Origin: an uncultured Candidatus Binatia bacterium
GTDB taxonomy: Bacteria > Desulfobacterota > Binatia > UBA9968 > JAJDTQ01
Length of the DNA: 64,000 bases
Direction: 5' to 3'
Assembly (NCBI GenBank): GCA_965215605.1
Contig: OZ244070.1
Span: 3,040,001 to 3,104,000 of the forward strand
Below, one piece after another: positions 49,271 through 57,591 of the stretch; position 1 is the first letter of the stretch; every line of letters starts with the position of its first letter. A model generated the notes under the pieces. It ran no database searches. It saw only the letters and a list, made by a program, of their open reading frames with translations, and was not told the DNA's origin. The translations under genes were made by a program, and so were the position numbers.

Positions 49271-49999
49271 TCAGTCGAGCGCCTCCATCATGTTGACAAG
49301 CTGCTCCCGGTAGGCGCGGTCGATCATGAGGCTTTCCCGGGCGCCCCGAAGCAGCGCCTGCTGCTGGTCGTCTGTTTGGCAATGTTCCCGCGCCACCTCC
49401 AGCAGGAGCTGGCCGTGCTCCACGTCGGCGGTGACGTGCTCGGCGTTGTTGATCTGCCGTTTCAACGGGATCCCCAGGTCGCGTTCCAGGTTCTTGCCCA
49501 CGCGGTACGATAGCGACCCGCCGTGCACCAGGTCGTCGGAGTTGCGCATCTCCAGCACCGCCGACGCCGCGATGGCCTCCCGCCACGGGCGGTCCTTGGC
49601 CAGGTGGACCCAGGCGTAGAAGCATGCCACCGCGCTGTCCAGCGGGCGCACGCGCTCGTAGTCCTCGGGAGACAGGCCGAAGACCCTGCCTTCCTGGACG
49701 GCCAGGGTGATGTGGTCGACCTTGCCCGCGGCCCTGTCGCCCATGAGCTCCTCGCCCTCGTGCTCCCAGACGAGCCGCTTGACGCTCAACGGCGCCGCGC
49801 CGGCCACAAACCCCCAGCAGTCCCGCCGGTTGGCGACGTAGTGCTTCATCTGGATGGAGAGGGCCTGGGCGCGCTCCTGGGAGAACCGGAGCTCCAGCAG
49901 CCGGCGGAAGGGCGGGGTCTCGAACTGCCGGTTCACCAGCTCTACGAGCTCCTGCCAGACGCTCTCCACGCCGTTCCGTTCCGCGGTGTGCGTTTCCAT
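49271..49999 (-). CDS. Heme-oxygenase-like diiron oxidase, paralogue 1
   Basis: HEGEEL...DH, VLE and EHVTADVEH candidate ligand set; NRRDCWG motif. Confidence 0.72.
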   Translation of the reverse strand: METHTAERNGVESVWQELVELVNRQFETPPFRRLLELRFSQERAQALSIQMKHYVANRRDCWGFVAGAAPLSVKRLVWEHEGEELMGDRAAGKVDHITLAVQEGRVFGLSPEDYERVRPLDSAVACFYAWVHLAKDRPWREAIAASAVLEMRNSDDLVHGGSLSYRVGKNLERDLGIPLKRQINNAEHVTADVEHGQLLLEVAREHCQTDDQQQALLRGARESLMIDRAYREQLVNMMEALD

Positions 50000-50079
50000 G
50001 CTCTTTTCCCGGGAAGCGCTACTTTGCCCCGACCAACTGCTCCCCCCGGCGTTGGTCCACGCAATCCCCGTCGCCCGTG

Positions 50080-51528
50080 TTACAACCGGTCCGCCCATTT
50101 CGCCCGGACCTGGGCCTTGTATTCGGCGCTGACGCCGGAAATCGCCGGAAACGCGTCCTTCCAGCTATAGGGCCGGCAGGCGTCCACCACCATGCAGGAG
50201 GTGGTCAACTCCCGGCGTTGCTTGTCCTCGGGGGAAAGCCGCGGGTTGAGGATGCTGGCGGCCACGTCGAGGATCTCGGAGTCGGTCTTGGGGTCCCAGC
50301 GGGTGGACATGGCCCAGAGCACCTCGCCCATGTTGGTGATGTCCACATCCTCGTCCACCACGATGACCATGCGTACGTCCCGGCCGCCGTCGCGGGTGGC
50401 GAGGACGCCGTATCCCGCCTGCTTGGCGTGGCCCGAGTAACGCTGCCTGACCGCCACGGTCACCACGAAGCGTCCCTGTTTCGGGAACCACACGCCCTGC
50501 ACCTCCGGGATGCCGGCGCGCTCCATGGCCGACCAGATGTTGGCGGAGCGGATGTACTTGTGGGTCTCGCTGTTGAGGAAGGTCCTGAGCGGCGGATCGC
50601 CGGTGATGATGGGGTCGTCGCGGTGATAGACCGCCTCCACCTTCACCACCGGCGCCTGCCGCGACCCGGACGCGTAGTACCCGGGCCACTCGCCGAACGG
50701 CCCCTCCTCGTGGGTCTCCTGCTCGGGCGGTGGTATGCGACCCTCCAGGACGATGTCCGCGAAGGCGGGCACGGGCAGCCCGGTCTTCTGTCCCTTGATG
50801 ACCGGGACCGGGGTTTCCAGGAGTCCGCCCAGGAAGTCGTACTCGCTCATGTTCCAGGGGATCCCCACGGCGCTCGCGGTCATCATGCCCGGAGGGAGGC
50901 CGCAGATGACGGCCACCGGACAGCTCTCGCCCCGGGCCCAGTACTTCCGGGTGATGAGGTCGCCGTGCTTCCCCGGGATCATCCACACGCCCACGGTGTT
51001 CTCGTCGTGGACCTGGACGCGGTAGGTGCCGACGTTGACGTAGCCCGTATCGGGATCGCGGCACACCGTTGCGGTGAACGTGCCGATGTAGCGGCCGCCG
51101 TCGTCCGCGTGCCACTTGGGAGTGGGGAACTTGAGCAGGTTGACGTCGCCGTCGAAGGCGACATTCTCCAAAAGCGGCGATTCGCCGATCTCGGTCGGGG
51201 GAATGGGCTTCAGATCCTGGAGCCGCCTCTTGACGGCCTGGACCACTTCCAGGCCCCGGACGTCCGGCGGCATGCCCAAGGCCAGGGCGTCGGACTCGGG
51301 CGACCGGAGAACGTTGCTGAGAACGCGGTAGCCTTCCGGGTGATCCGGTACGGCGTCGAAGAGCAGCGCGGAGCCCTCGCCGGATTCGGCCGCGATCTCG
51401 GTGAGCGCCCCGATTTCCAGGTCCCAATGGGCGTCGCGGATCTCCTTGAGCTTTCCCGCCCGCCTGAGCCGGTCGATGAAAGTCCGCAGGTTCAGGGCCG
51501 CTTCAACGTCCCGTGGCTCGCTCGTCAT
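50080..51528 (-). CDS. UbiD-family prFMN-dependent (de)carboxylase
   Basis: DGGRYIG, NVGTYRVQ, EGPFGEWPGYY, VVDEDVD and VLWAMSTR. Confidence 0.93.
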   Translation of the reverse strand: MTSEPRDVEAALNLRTFIDRLRRAGKLKEIRDAHWDLEIGALTEIAAESGEGSALLFDAVPDHPEGYRVLSNVLRSPESDALALGMPPDVRGLEVVQAVKRRLQDLKPIPPTEIGESPLLENVAFDGDVNLLKFPTPKWHADDGGRYIGTFTATVCRDPDTGYVNVGTYRVQVHDENTVGVWMIPGKHGDLITRKYWARGESCPVAVICGLPPGMMTASAVGIPWNMSEYDFLGGLLETPVPVIKGQKTGLPVPAFADIVLEGRIPPPEQETHEEGPFGEWPGYYASGSRQAPVVKVEAVYHRDDPIITGDPPLRTFLNSETHKYIRSANIWSAMERAGIPEVQGVWFPKQGRFVVTVAVRQRYSGHAKQAGYGVLATRDGGRDVRMVIVVDEDVDITNMGEVLWAMSTRWDPKTDSEILDVAASILNPRLSPEDKQRRELTTSCMVVDACRPYSWKDAFPAISGVSAEYKAQVRAKWADRL

Positions 51529-51584
51529 GCATCCATCTCCATGTGGCGGCGGACCCGAGGGTCGATCCGTGACTATCCATAGGC

Positions 51585-51613
51585 CCTATAGGCCCAGCGC
51601 CGGCGGCTGTCAA
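51585..51613 (-). promoter_or_regulatory. Candidate sigma70 promoter of the UbiD operon
   Basis: Minus strand TTGACA-N17-TATAGG; an ATAGGCCC direct repeat overlaps the -10 element. Confidence 0.45.
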
Positions 51614-51645
51614 CCTGGACATCCGCGCCCATTTTGTCTAAGCGT

Positions 51646-51671
51646 GTAGGGGCCGGTTTCAAAACCGCCCG
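51646..51671 (+). repeat. Degenerate GTAG-type REP
   Basis: GTAGGGGCCGGTTTCAAAACCGCCC. Confidence 0.5.
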
Positions 51672-51745
51672 CGCCCGGTCACGACCGAAACCGCCGCCGG
51701 ACAGGGCTCAGACACAGCCACTCCAGAGGAGGTCACCAGGCAGTC

Positions 51746-52342
51746 ATGGCACAGATCACCGACCCGTTGCGGCAACACGATTGGAACTCAGAGGAATACG
51801 TCGAGGACTGGGCTCAGCGCCAGCGGCGCAACGAGACCCTGCGCGCCCGGCAGTTCGCGCTCATGGCGAGCCTGGCGCCTTTCGAGAACGAGGCCGCCTT
51901 CCGGTTCATGGACGTGGGGTGCGGCTACGGGGCGCTGAGCAAGTACCTGCTGGAGACCTTTCCCGGCGCCACCGCCGTGTGCCATGACGGCTCGGCGGCC
52001 ATGGCGAAGCTGGGCAGCGAGCGCATGAAGGATCTCGGAGGACGGTTCGAGTACGTGATCTCCGACTTCAGCAAGAAGGACTGGAGCCGGGTGGCCGGCG
52101 GCGAGTTCGATCTCGTGGTCTCGTGCAACGCCATCCACAACGTCCGGGCCGGCGAGATCATCCAGGCCGTCTACGAGGAGATCTTCGGGCGCGTGCGGTC
52201 CGGCGGCCGGTTCTTCAACCTCGACCGCGGCTCGGCCTCGATGGAGGACCAGCTAGCCTGGTTCAAGGGTGCCGGGTTCCAGGACGTGACCTGCCACCAG
52301 AAGAGCTCGGGACTCTCGCTCTACGGCGGTTCCAAGCCCTGA
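51746..52342 (+). CDS. Class I SAM-dependent methyltransferase
   Basis: MDVGCGYG, FDLVVSCNAIH and GGRFFNLD. Confidence 0.88.
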   Translation: MAQITDPLRQHDWNSEEYVEDWAQRQRRNETLRARQFALMASLAPFENEAAFRFMDVGCGYGALSKYLLETFPGATAVCHDGSAAMAKLGSERMKDLGGRFEYVISDFSKKDWSRVAGGEFDLVVSCNAIHNVRAGEIIQAVYEEIFGRVRSGGRFFNLDRGSASMEDQLAWFKGAGFQDVTCHQKSSGLSLYGGSKP

Positions 52343-52388
52343 TCCTTCCGGCCCTAGTGTCCTGCGCAGGACACTAAGGTCCTCCTCG

Positions 52389-53579
52389 ATGACGGGTCCA
52401 CGGGCCGGCAGCCTCGCACTGCTATACAGCACGGTCCTGCTCATGAGCTTGGGGCAGGGCATGGTGTTTCCCACCATTCCGCTGCTGGCGTCGTCCTTCG
52501 CGGTCTCCGCCGGGCTCGCCGTGCAGGTGGTTACCGCCCATGCCTTGGGCCGCACCATCATCCTGATCCCGGCGGGCCTGCTCCTCGACCGGTCCGGAGC
52601 CAAGACCACCATGCTGGTGGGAAGCGCCCTGGTCCTGTGCGGCGCTTTCGTGACCGCCGTCACCCCTTACTTCCTGTTGTTTTTTGTCGGGCAGTTCCTC
52701 GCCGGCGTCGGCGACAGCGTTTGGACCATGGGCCGGGAGGTTTCCGGCGTCGAGATGGTGCCGCAGCACCAGCGGGGCCGCCTGCTGAGCGGTTTCATGG
52801 GGGTCAAGTCGGCCGGCATGGCCATCGGCCCGGTGGTGGGCGGGATCATCACCCAGTGGGTAGGGTTTCGGATGGTGTTTACGGTTTACGCGGCCGTGGC
52901 CCTGGTCGTGTTCGTGACCGCGCTGCTGGCCCGAAAGGACGCGGTCCGGGCCAGAGTCGGCAGGGTCGCCTGGTGGGGAAAGGTCTCGGACGTCCTCCCG
53001 CACCTCCGTGCCACCTTCGTGGCGCTCGTGTTCGCGACCTTCAGCATGCAGATGTACCGCACCGCCCTGCAAGGCATGCTGCCGCTGTATGCCGGGGTGG
53101 AGTTGGGCTACTCCGCGGCGCATGTGGGCGGCCTTTTCGGCGTGTCCGGCGTGTTCGTCCTGCTCATGATCCTGCCCGCCGGCTTCATCACCGACCGCGT
53201 CGGGCGCAAGTACGCCAGCGTCCCCAGCACCGCGCTGCCGGGCATCGCGTTCCTGGCCTTCCCGTTCGCCTCGACGATGCCGCAACTCGTGGCGATCATG
53301 CTGGTGATCGGCCTCGCCCAGGGCATGTCCCTGGGCGCCCTGGCGGTGTCCACCTACGACGTGATCCCGGCGGAGTCCCGGGGACGCCTTCAGGGGCTCC
53401 GCCGTACCGTGGGCGAGTCCGGGGCGGTGATGGGTCCGCTGCTGGGCGGCTGGCTCGTTGATCTGGTCAGCGCCGGCCGGACGTTCCTCTTCTATGCCCC
53501 CATCCTGCTGGCCGCCGCCGCCGGATTGGCGTTCGTGGCGAAAGAAACCCTGGTGAAGACGAAAGGCAACCCCGTTTGA
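52389..53579 (+). CDS. MFS transporter
   Basis: About 12 hydrophobic segments; GLLLDRSGAK and GFITDRVGRK motif A. Confidence 0.9.
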   Translation: MTGPRAGSLALLYSTVLLMSLGQGMVFPTIPLLASSFAVSAGLAVQVVTAHALGRTIILIPAGLLLDRSGAKTTMLVGSALVLCGAFVTAVTPYFLLFFVGQFLAGVGDSVWTMGREVSGVEMVPQHQRGRLLSGFMGVKSAGMAIGPVVGGIITQWVGFRMVFTVYAAVALVVFVTALLARKDAVRARVGRVAWWGKVSDVLPHLRATFVALVFATFSMQMYRTALQGMLPLYAGVELGYSAAHVGGLFGVSGVFVLLMILPAGFITDRVGRKYASVPSTALPGIAFLAFPFASTMPQLVAIMLVIGLAQGMSLGALAVSTYDVIPAESRGRLQGLRRTVGESGAVMGPLLGGWLVDLVSAGRTFLFYAPILLAAAAGLAFVAKETLVKTKGNPV

Positions 53580-53676
53580 CAAGAACTCGGCCAAGGCTCC
53601 ATCATGAACCCCCGCGAGCGGTGAACGCGGGAACGGGTGGAGACATGCATGATGGGTTCGAACATGGGAGGCTTGA

Positions 53677-54561
53677 ATGCGCAAGGATACGATCGATCCG
53701 AAGGTTTTCGATCTCTACGACGAGTATTGCCACAGCATGATGGACCGCCGTGAGTTTCTCCGGCGCGCCAGCGCCCTGGCCGTCGTCGGCGGGTCCGGGC
53801 TGCTGATGGCGCGTGCGCTGCTGCCGGATTACGCCGCGGCGCAGATGATTTCGTTCACCGACAAGCGCATCAAGGCGCGCTATGTCGAGTACGATTCGCC
53901 CGGCGGCAACTCCGGCAGGATGCGGGGTTATCTGGTGCAGCCGGCCGGCGCGGGACCGTTTCCGGCGGTTCTGGTCATTCACGAGAACCGCGGCCTCAAT
54001 CCCCATATCGAGGATGTCGCGCGGCGCGCCGCGGTCGCGGGGTTCCTCGCCCTGGCCCCCGACGGTCTCTCGCCCATCGGCGGCTATCCCGGCAATGACG
54101 ACGACGGCAAGAAGATGCAGCGGAGCCTCGATCGAGGCAAACTGCGCACGGACCTTCTCAACAGCGCCAGGTATGTCAAAACCCACTCGCTGTCCAACGG
54201 AAAGCTGGGGGCCACCGGCTTCTGCTTCGGCGGCGGGGTGGTCAACTTCCTCGCGGTCCGGATGGGAAGCGATCTGAACGCCGGCGTGCCGTTCTACGGC
54301 TCCGCCCCGAAAGACGCGGCCGACGTCGCCAAGATCAAGGCGCCGCTGCTGATCCACTACGCCGAGAACGACCCGCGCATCAACAAGCAGGCTCCCGGCT
54401 ATGCGGCCGGCCTGACGGCCAACGGCGTATCCCACGAGGCGCATACCTATCCCGGAACGCGCCACGGCTTTCACAACAACTCGACGCCGCGCTACGATGA
54501 AGCCGCCGCGAAGCTTGCGTGGGAGCGGACGGTGGCCTTCTTCAAGAAGCATCTGTCGTAA
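53677..54561 (+). CDS. Dienelactone hydrolase family protein (YghX-like)
   Basis: DRREFL, HENRGLN, GFCFGG and HGFHN. Confidence 0.9.
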   Translation: MRKDTIDPKVFDLYDEYCHSMMDRREFLRRASALAVVGGSGLLMARALLPDYAAAQMISFTDKRIKARYVEYDSPGGNSGRMRGYLVQPAGAGPFPAVLVIHENRGLNPHIEDVARRAAVAGFLALAPDGLSPIGGYPGNDDDGKKMQRSLDRGKLRTDLLNSARYVKTHSLSNGKLGATGFCFGGGVVNFLAVRMGSDLNAGVPFYGSAPKDAADVAKIKAPLLIHYAENDPRINKQAPGYAAGLTANGVSHEAHTYPGTRHGFHNNSTPRYDEAAAKLAWERTVAFFKKHLS

Positions 54562-54634
54562 ACGATCAGCCGCCATACCAACCGCGTGAAACCGGCGGCC
54601 CTGTGGCCGCCGGCACCGGGTGCATTGAGGTGCG

Positions 54635-55063
54635 ATGACCGAACCATGGCAATACCAGCTACGCCTCACTCTGGCGGATGCATTCGCCGAGGCAGCCCGG
54701 CGCGGCGGCGGCAATCCGGCTATGGAGCCACTCACCGAGTTGCTGGGCCGGCACGACGCAACGCTGAAGTGCCAGTACGATGCCTTCGCCGGCTATTGCG
54801 CCGAAGCCGAGCAACGGGGCGTCGACAGATACCCCCTCTACGCCTGGACCAGGGCCACCATCGAAGATCCCGCCAAGAAGGCCAGGTACATCAGGTCCTT
54901 CACCATCTACGTGGACGGAGACGAGGTCTACTCCAAGGCCAAGGCCGATGCGTTGGAGGCGGAGTTGCAGCCCTTGGTCGGCGGCGCCGTGGTGACCGCC
55001 ATGGCCAGACACGACACCAATCCCGCCAACAACCCGCAGCCGCCGAAACGTTACCGGTCGTGA
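54635..55063 (+). CDS. Hypothetical protein
   Basis: 142-aa ORF with protein-like composition, GC3-rich codons and GAGG RBS. Confidence 0.7.
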   Translation: MTEPWQYQLRLTLADAFAEAARRGGGNPAMEPLTELLGRHDATLKCQYDAFAGYCAEAEQRGVDRYPLYAWTRATIEDPAKKARYIRSFTIYVDGDEVYSKAKADALEAELQPLVGGAVVTAMARHDTNPANNPQPPKRYRS

Positions 55064-55304
55064 ACGTCATAATCGACTCTGTACGAGAACGGGGAGTTCT
55101 AAGCGTTTTCGTGGATGAGTAATCGATTCTGTACGTACAGTCTCGATGATAGTGACCTCAGCGCCTCCTTCCCGTTTCTTTGATTGGTTCAGTGGTACAA
55201 GGAACAGGCGCTGTATTGCGGTATTGGTTGTAATCGTTTTTAAATAGAATTAGCCTGATCTAATTCTTATTGCACGGTTGTAACCACATCTGGATGAAAA
55301 AAAC

Positions 55305-56804
55305 GTGAGTAACGAGGAAAAGGCTCCCATCGGCCAGGCTTGGCTCAGGCGAGAGATGGCTTTGGCGGTGCCGCCCCCGGCAACGGAGAGCTATGTCGTC
55401 GCCAGTGCCCGGCGAACCGAGGTGCACGGCCCGCGGACCATCGAGTTGTATCCCCGATCCTATGCCACGGAGAGGACCTTGGCGGCTCACCTCCGATTTG
55501 CACTGCGTCATGAGCCACTGGACCTCGGCGTTCTGGTCGCGGCTCTCAAGGCCATCAAGCCCTCCGAGTTGGAAGCCTGGGTGCGGGCAGAGCCTACCGG
55601 CGCCTTCAGCCGCCGGGCGTGGTTTTTCTACGAGTCCTTTACAGGGAGAACGCTGGATGTAGAGGACGTCCGCACCGGCAATTACGTGGCGGCTCTCAAT
55701 CCCGACAAGCATATCGTTGCCGAAAGACGCAATTCTCCGCGCCACCGCGTAGCCGACAACCTGCTTGGCGGCCCCGCTTTCAGCCCGACCGTGCGGCGCA
55801 CACCGCGACTCATGGAGCAGATGGGCGCGCGGCTGGACCAGGAAGCGCGGACGCTCCTCGATAGCTATGACCCGCTGCTCCTCGTCCGCGCGGTGAACTA
55901 TCTCTACACGAAAGAGACGCGCTCCTCATTCGCCATCGAGGGCGAGACACCGAGCGCGAAGCGCACCGAGCGGTTTGTCGCTGCCCTGAGAGCGGCGCCG
56001 GATTTTGATCCGAGCGACAAGATGGCATTGGTCCGCCTGCAGGGAGACATTGTCGATCCGCGCTACGCGGCCGCGGATTGGCGCGATTTCCAGAACTTCG
56101 TCGGCGCCATTGTCCAAGGGTACCGCGAAGAGGTCCATTTCATATGCCCGCGGCCTGAAGATGTGCCCAGCCTGATGGCTGCCTGGATGGCGTCGACGCA
56201 GCGTATCCTGGACGGCAGAGTCGAGCCCGTCGTCGCGGCGGCGGTCTGTGCCTTCGCCTTCGTCTTCATCCACCCCTTCGAGGACGGCAACGGACGCATC
56301 CACCGTTTCCTGGTACACCACGTCCTTGCAAAATGCGCCTATAGTCCGCCCGACGTTGTCTTTCCCGTCTCGGCGGCCATATTGCGCGACCGCCGTCGTT
56401 ACGACGAGGTGCTCGAAGGCTTTTCGCGGCCGATTTCCGAATTTGTCCAATGGCGATGGACGGGAGAGCGAGGGATTGTCGTCGAGAACGACACCAGTGA
56501 CCTTTACCGTTACTTCGACGCGACGGCGTTCGTCGAATACCTCTATGATCGCGTGGCCGAGACGGTTCGCCGTGACCTCAAGGAAGAACTCGGGTTCATT
56601 GCCACCTTCGACAGGGCGTTTGAAGCGGCTCGCGCCATTGTCGATATGCCGGATCGCCGGGCATCGCTGCTTGTGCGACTGTGCATGCAGAATGGCGGAC
56701 GCCTCTCGGCTACCAAGCGCGGCCAATTCAAGGAACTGGATGACTCCGAGATCGCTGCAATGGAAGCGGCGGTCCAGGACGCCATCCGCTCGGATGTCTG
56801 GTAG
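55305..56804 (+). CDS. Fic-domain protein
   Basis: Canonical HPFEDGNGRIHR; ETRSSFAIEGE. Confidence 0.9.
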   Translation: MSNEEKAPIGQAWLRREMALAVPPPATESYVVASARRTEVHGPRTIELYPRSYATERTLAAHLRFALRHEPLDLGVLVAALKAIKPSELEAWVRAEPTGAFSRRAWFFYESFTGRTLDVEDVRTGNYVAALNPDKHIVAERRNSPRHRVADNLLGGPAFSPTVRRTPRLMEQMGARLDQEARTLLDSYDPLLLVRAVNYLYTKETRSSFAIEGETPSAKRTERFVAALRAAPDFDPSDKMALVRLQGDIVDPRYAAADWRDFQNFVGAIVQGYREEVHFICPRPEDVPSLMAAWMASTQRILDGRVEPVVAAAVCAFAFVFIHPFEDGNGRIHRFLVHHVLAKCAYSPPDVVFPVSAAILRDRRRYDEVLEGFSRPISEFVQWRWTGERGIVVENDTSDLYRYFDATAFVEYLYDRVAETVRRDLKEELGFIATFDRAFEAARAIVDMPDRRASLLVRLCMQNGGRLSATKRGQFKELDDSEIAAMEAAVQDAIRSDVW

Positions 56805-56998
56805 GGCAGGGCCGGTTCGCTACCGCGCCTGAGAACGGCCATCGAGTCCACACAAGGACCTCCGCCCCATCGCGTCGAAACTGATGCCTCGGATCATCGA
56901 TGAGGCCAAGACCGGCCGGCCCGGCCGGTGGGTGGCGCCGCGACCTTGCGCATTGCCCGGTGAACCCGGTAGAAGATTCAGTTTTGGAGGCATGGGCC

Positions 56999-57565
56999 GT
57001 GTCTGGAAATGAAACTCGAAGGCGCAGGGAAGGAATCCTTTTTCTCGTCGGGTTCGGGTTGTGCATCCCGGCCGCCAACTGGCTCATCGGCAACGTGGGA
57101 ACGGTTTGTCCGCCGGACGCACCGTGCCTGATCCCGGTGGCGCCGGGGGTCATGGCGCCCAGCGGGGTGGTGACCATCGGGCTGGCGTTCGTTCTGCGCG
57201 ATCTGGTGCAGCGGCGGATCGGGGTCCGGTGGGCGGCGGTTGCCGTGGTCCTGGGCGCCGGCCTGTCCGCGTTTTCCGCCCCGCCGGCGCTGGTGGCGGC
57301 GTCCGGTACGGCCTACCTGTTCTCCGAGACCGCCGACCTCGCCGTCTACACGCCGTTGCAACGGCGCCGCCTGCTGCTCGCGGTGTTCGCCAGCAGCATC
57401 GTGGGTCTTGTGGTCGACAGCATCCTGTTCCTGTATCTGGCGTTCGGGAGCATCGAGTTCCTGGCGGGACAGGTCATCGGGAAAACCTGGATGGTCGTCC
57501 TTGCTTTGCCTTTCATCGTCCTGTTGCGCCGGCGCGACGAACGCCTGGGCTTGACGGCGGCTTGA
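56999..57565 (+). CDS. VUT (YhhQ-like) family membrane transporter
   Basis: ANWLIG, APSGV, RDLVQ, SETAD..VYTPL and VDSILF; GTG lies 8 nt after GGAGG. Confidence 0.75.
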   Translation: MSGNETRRRREGILFLVGFGLCIPAANWLIGNVGTVCPPDAPCLIPVAPGVMAPSGVVTIGLAFVLRDLVQRRIGVRWAAVAVVLGAGLSAFSAPPALVAASGTAYLFSETADLAVYTPLQRRRLLLAVFASSIVGLVVDSILFLYLAFGSIEFLAGQVIGKTWMVVLALPFIVLLRRRDERLGLTAA

Positions 57566-57591
57566 ATTTCGCCAAAGGCTCGGAAATGGAG

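Noticed and set aside
48517-49999. PQQ biosynthesis (PqqC) assignment for the HDOs
   Set aside because: No pqqA/B/D/E nearby, and the metal-ligand pattern fits diiron HDOs rather than cofactor-free PqqC.
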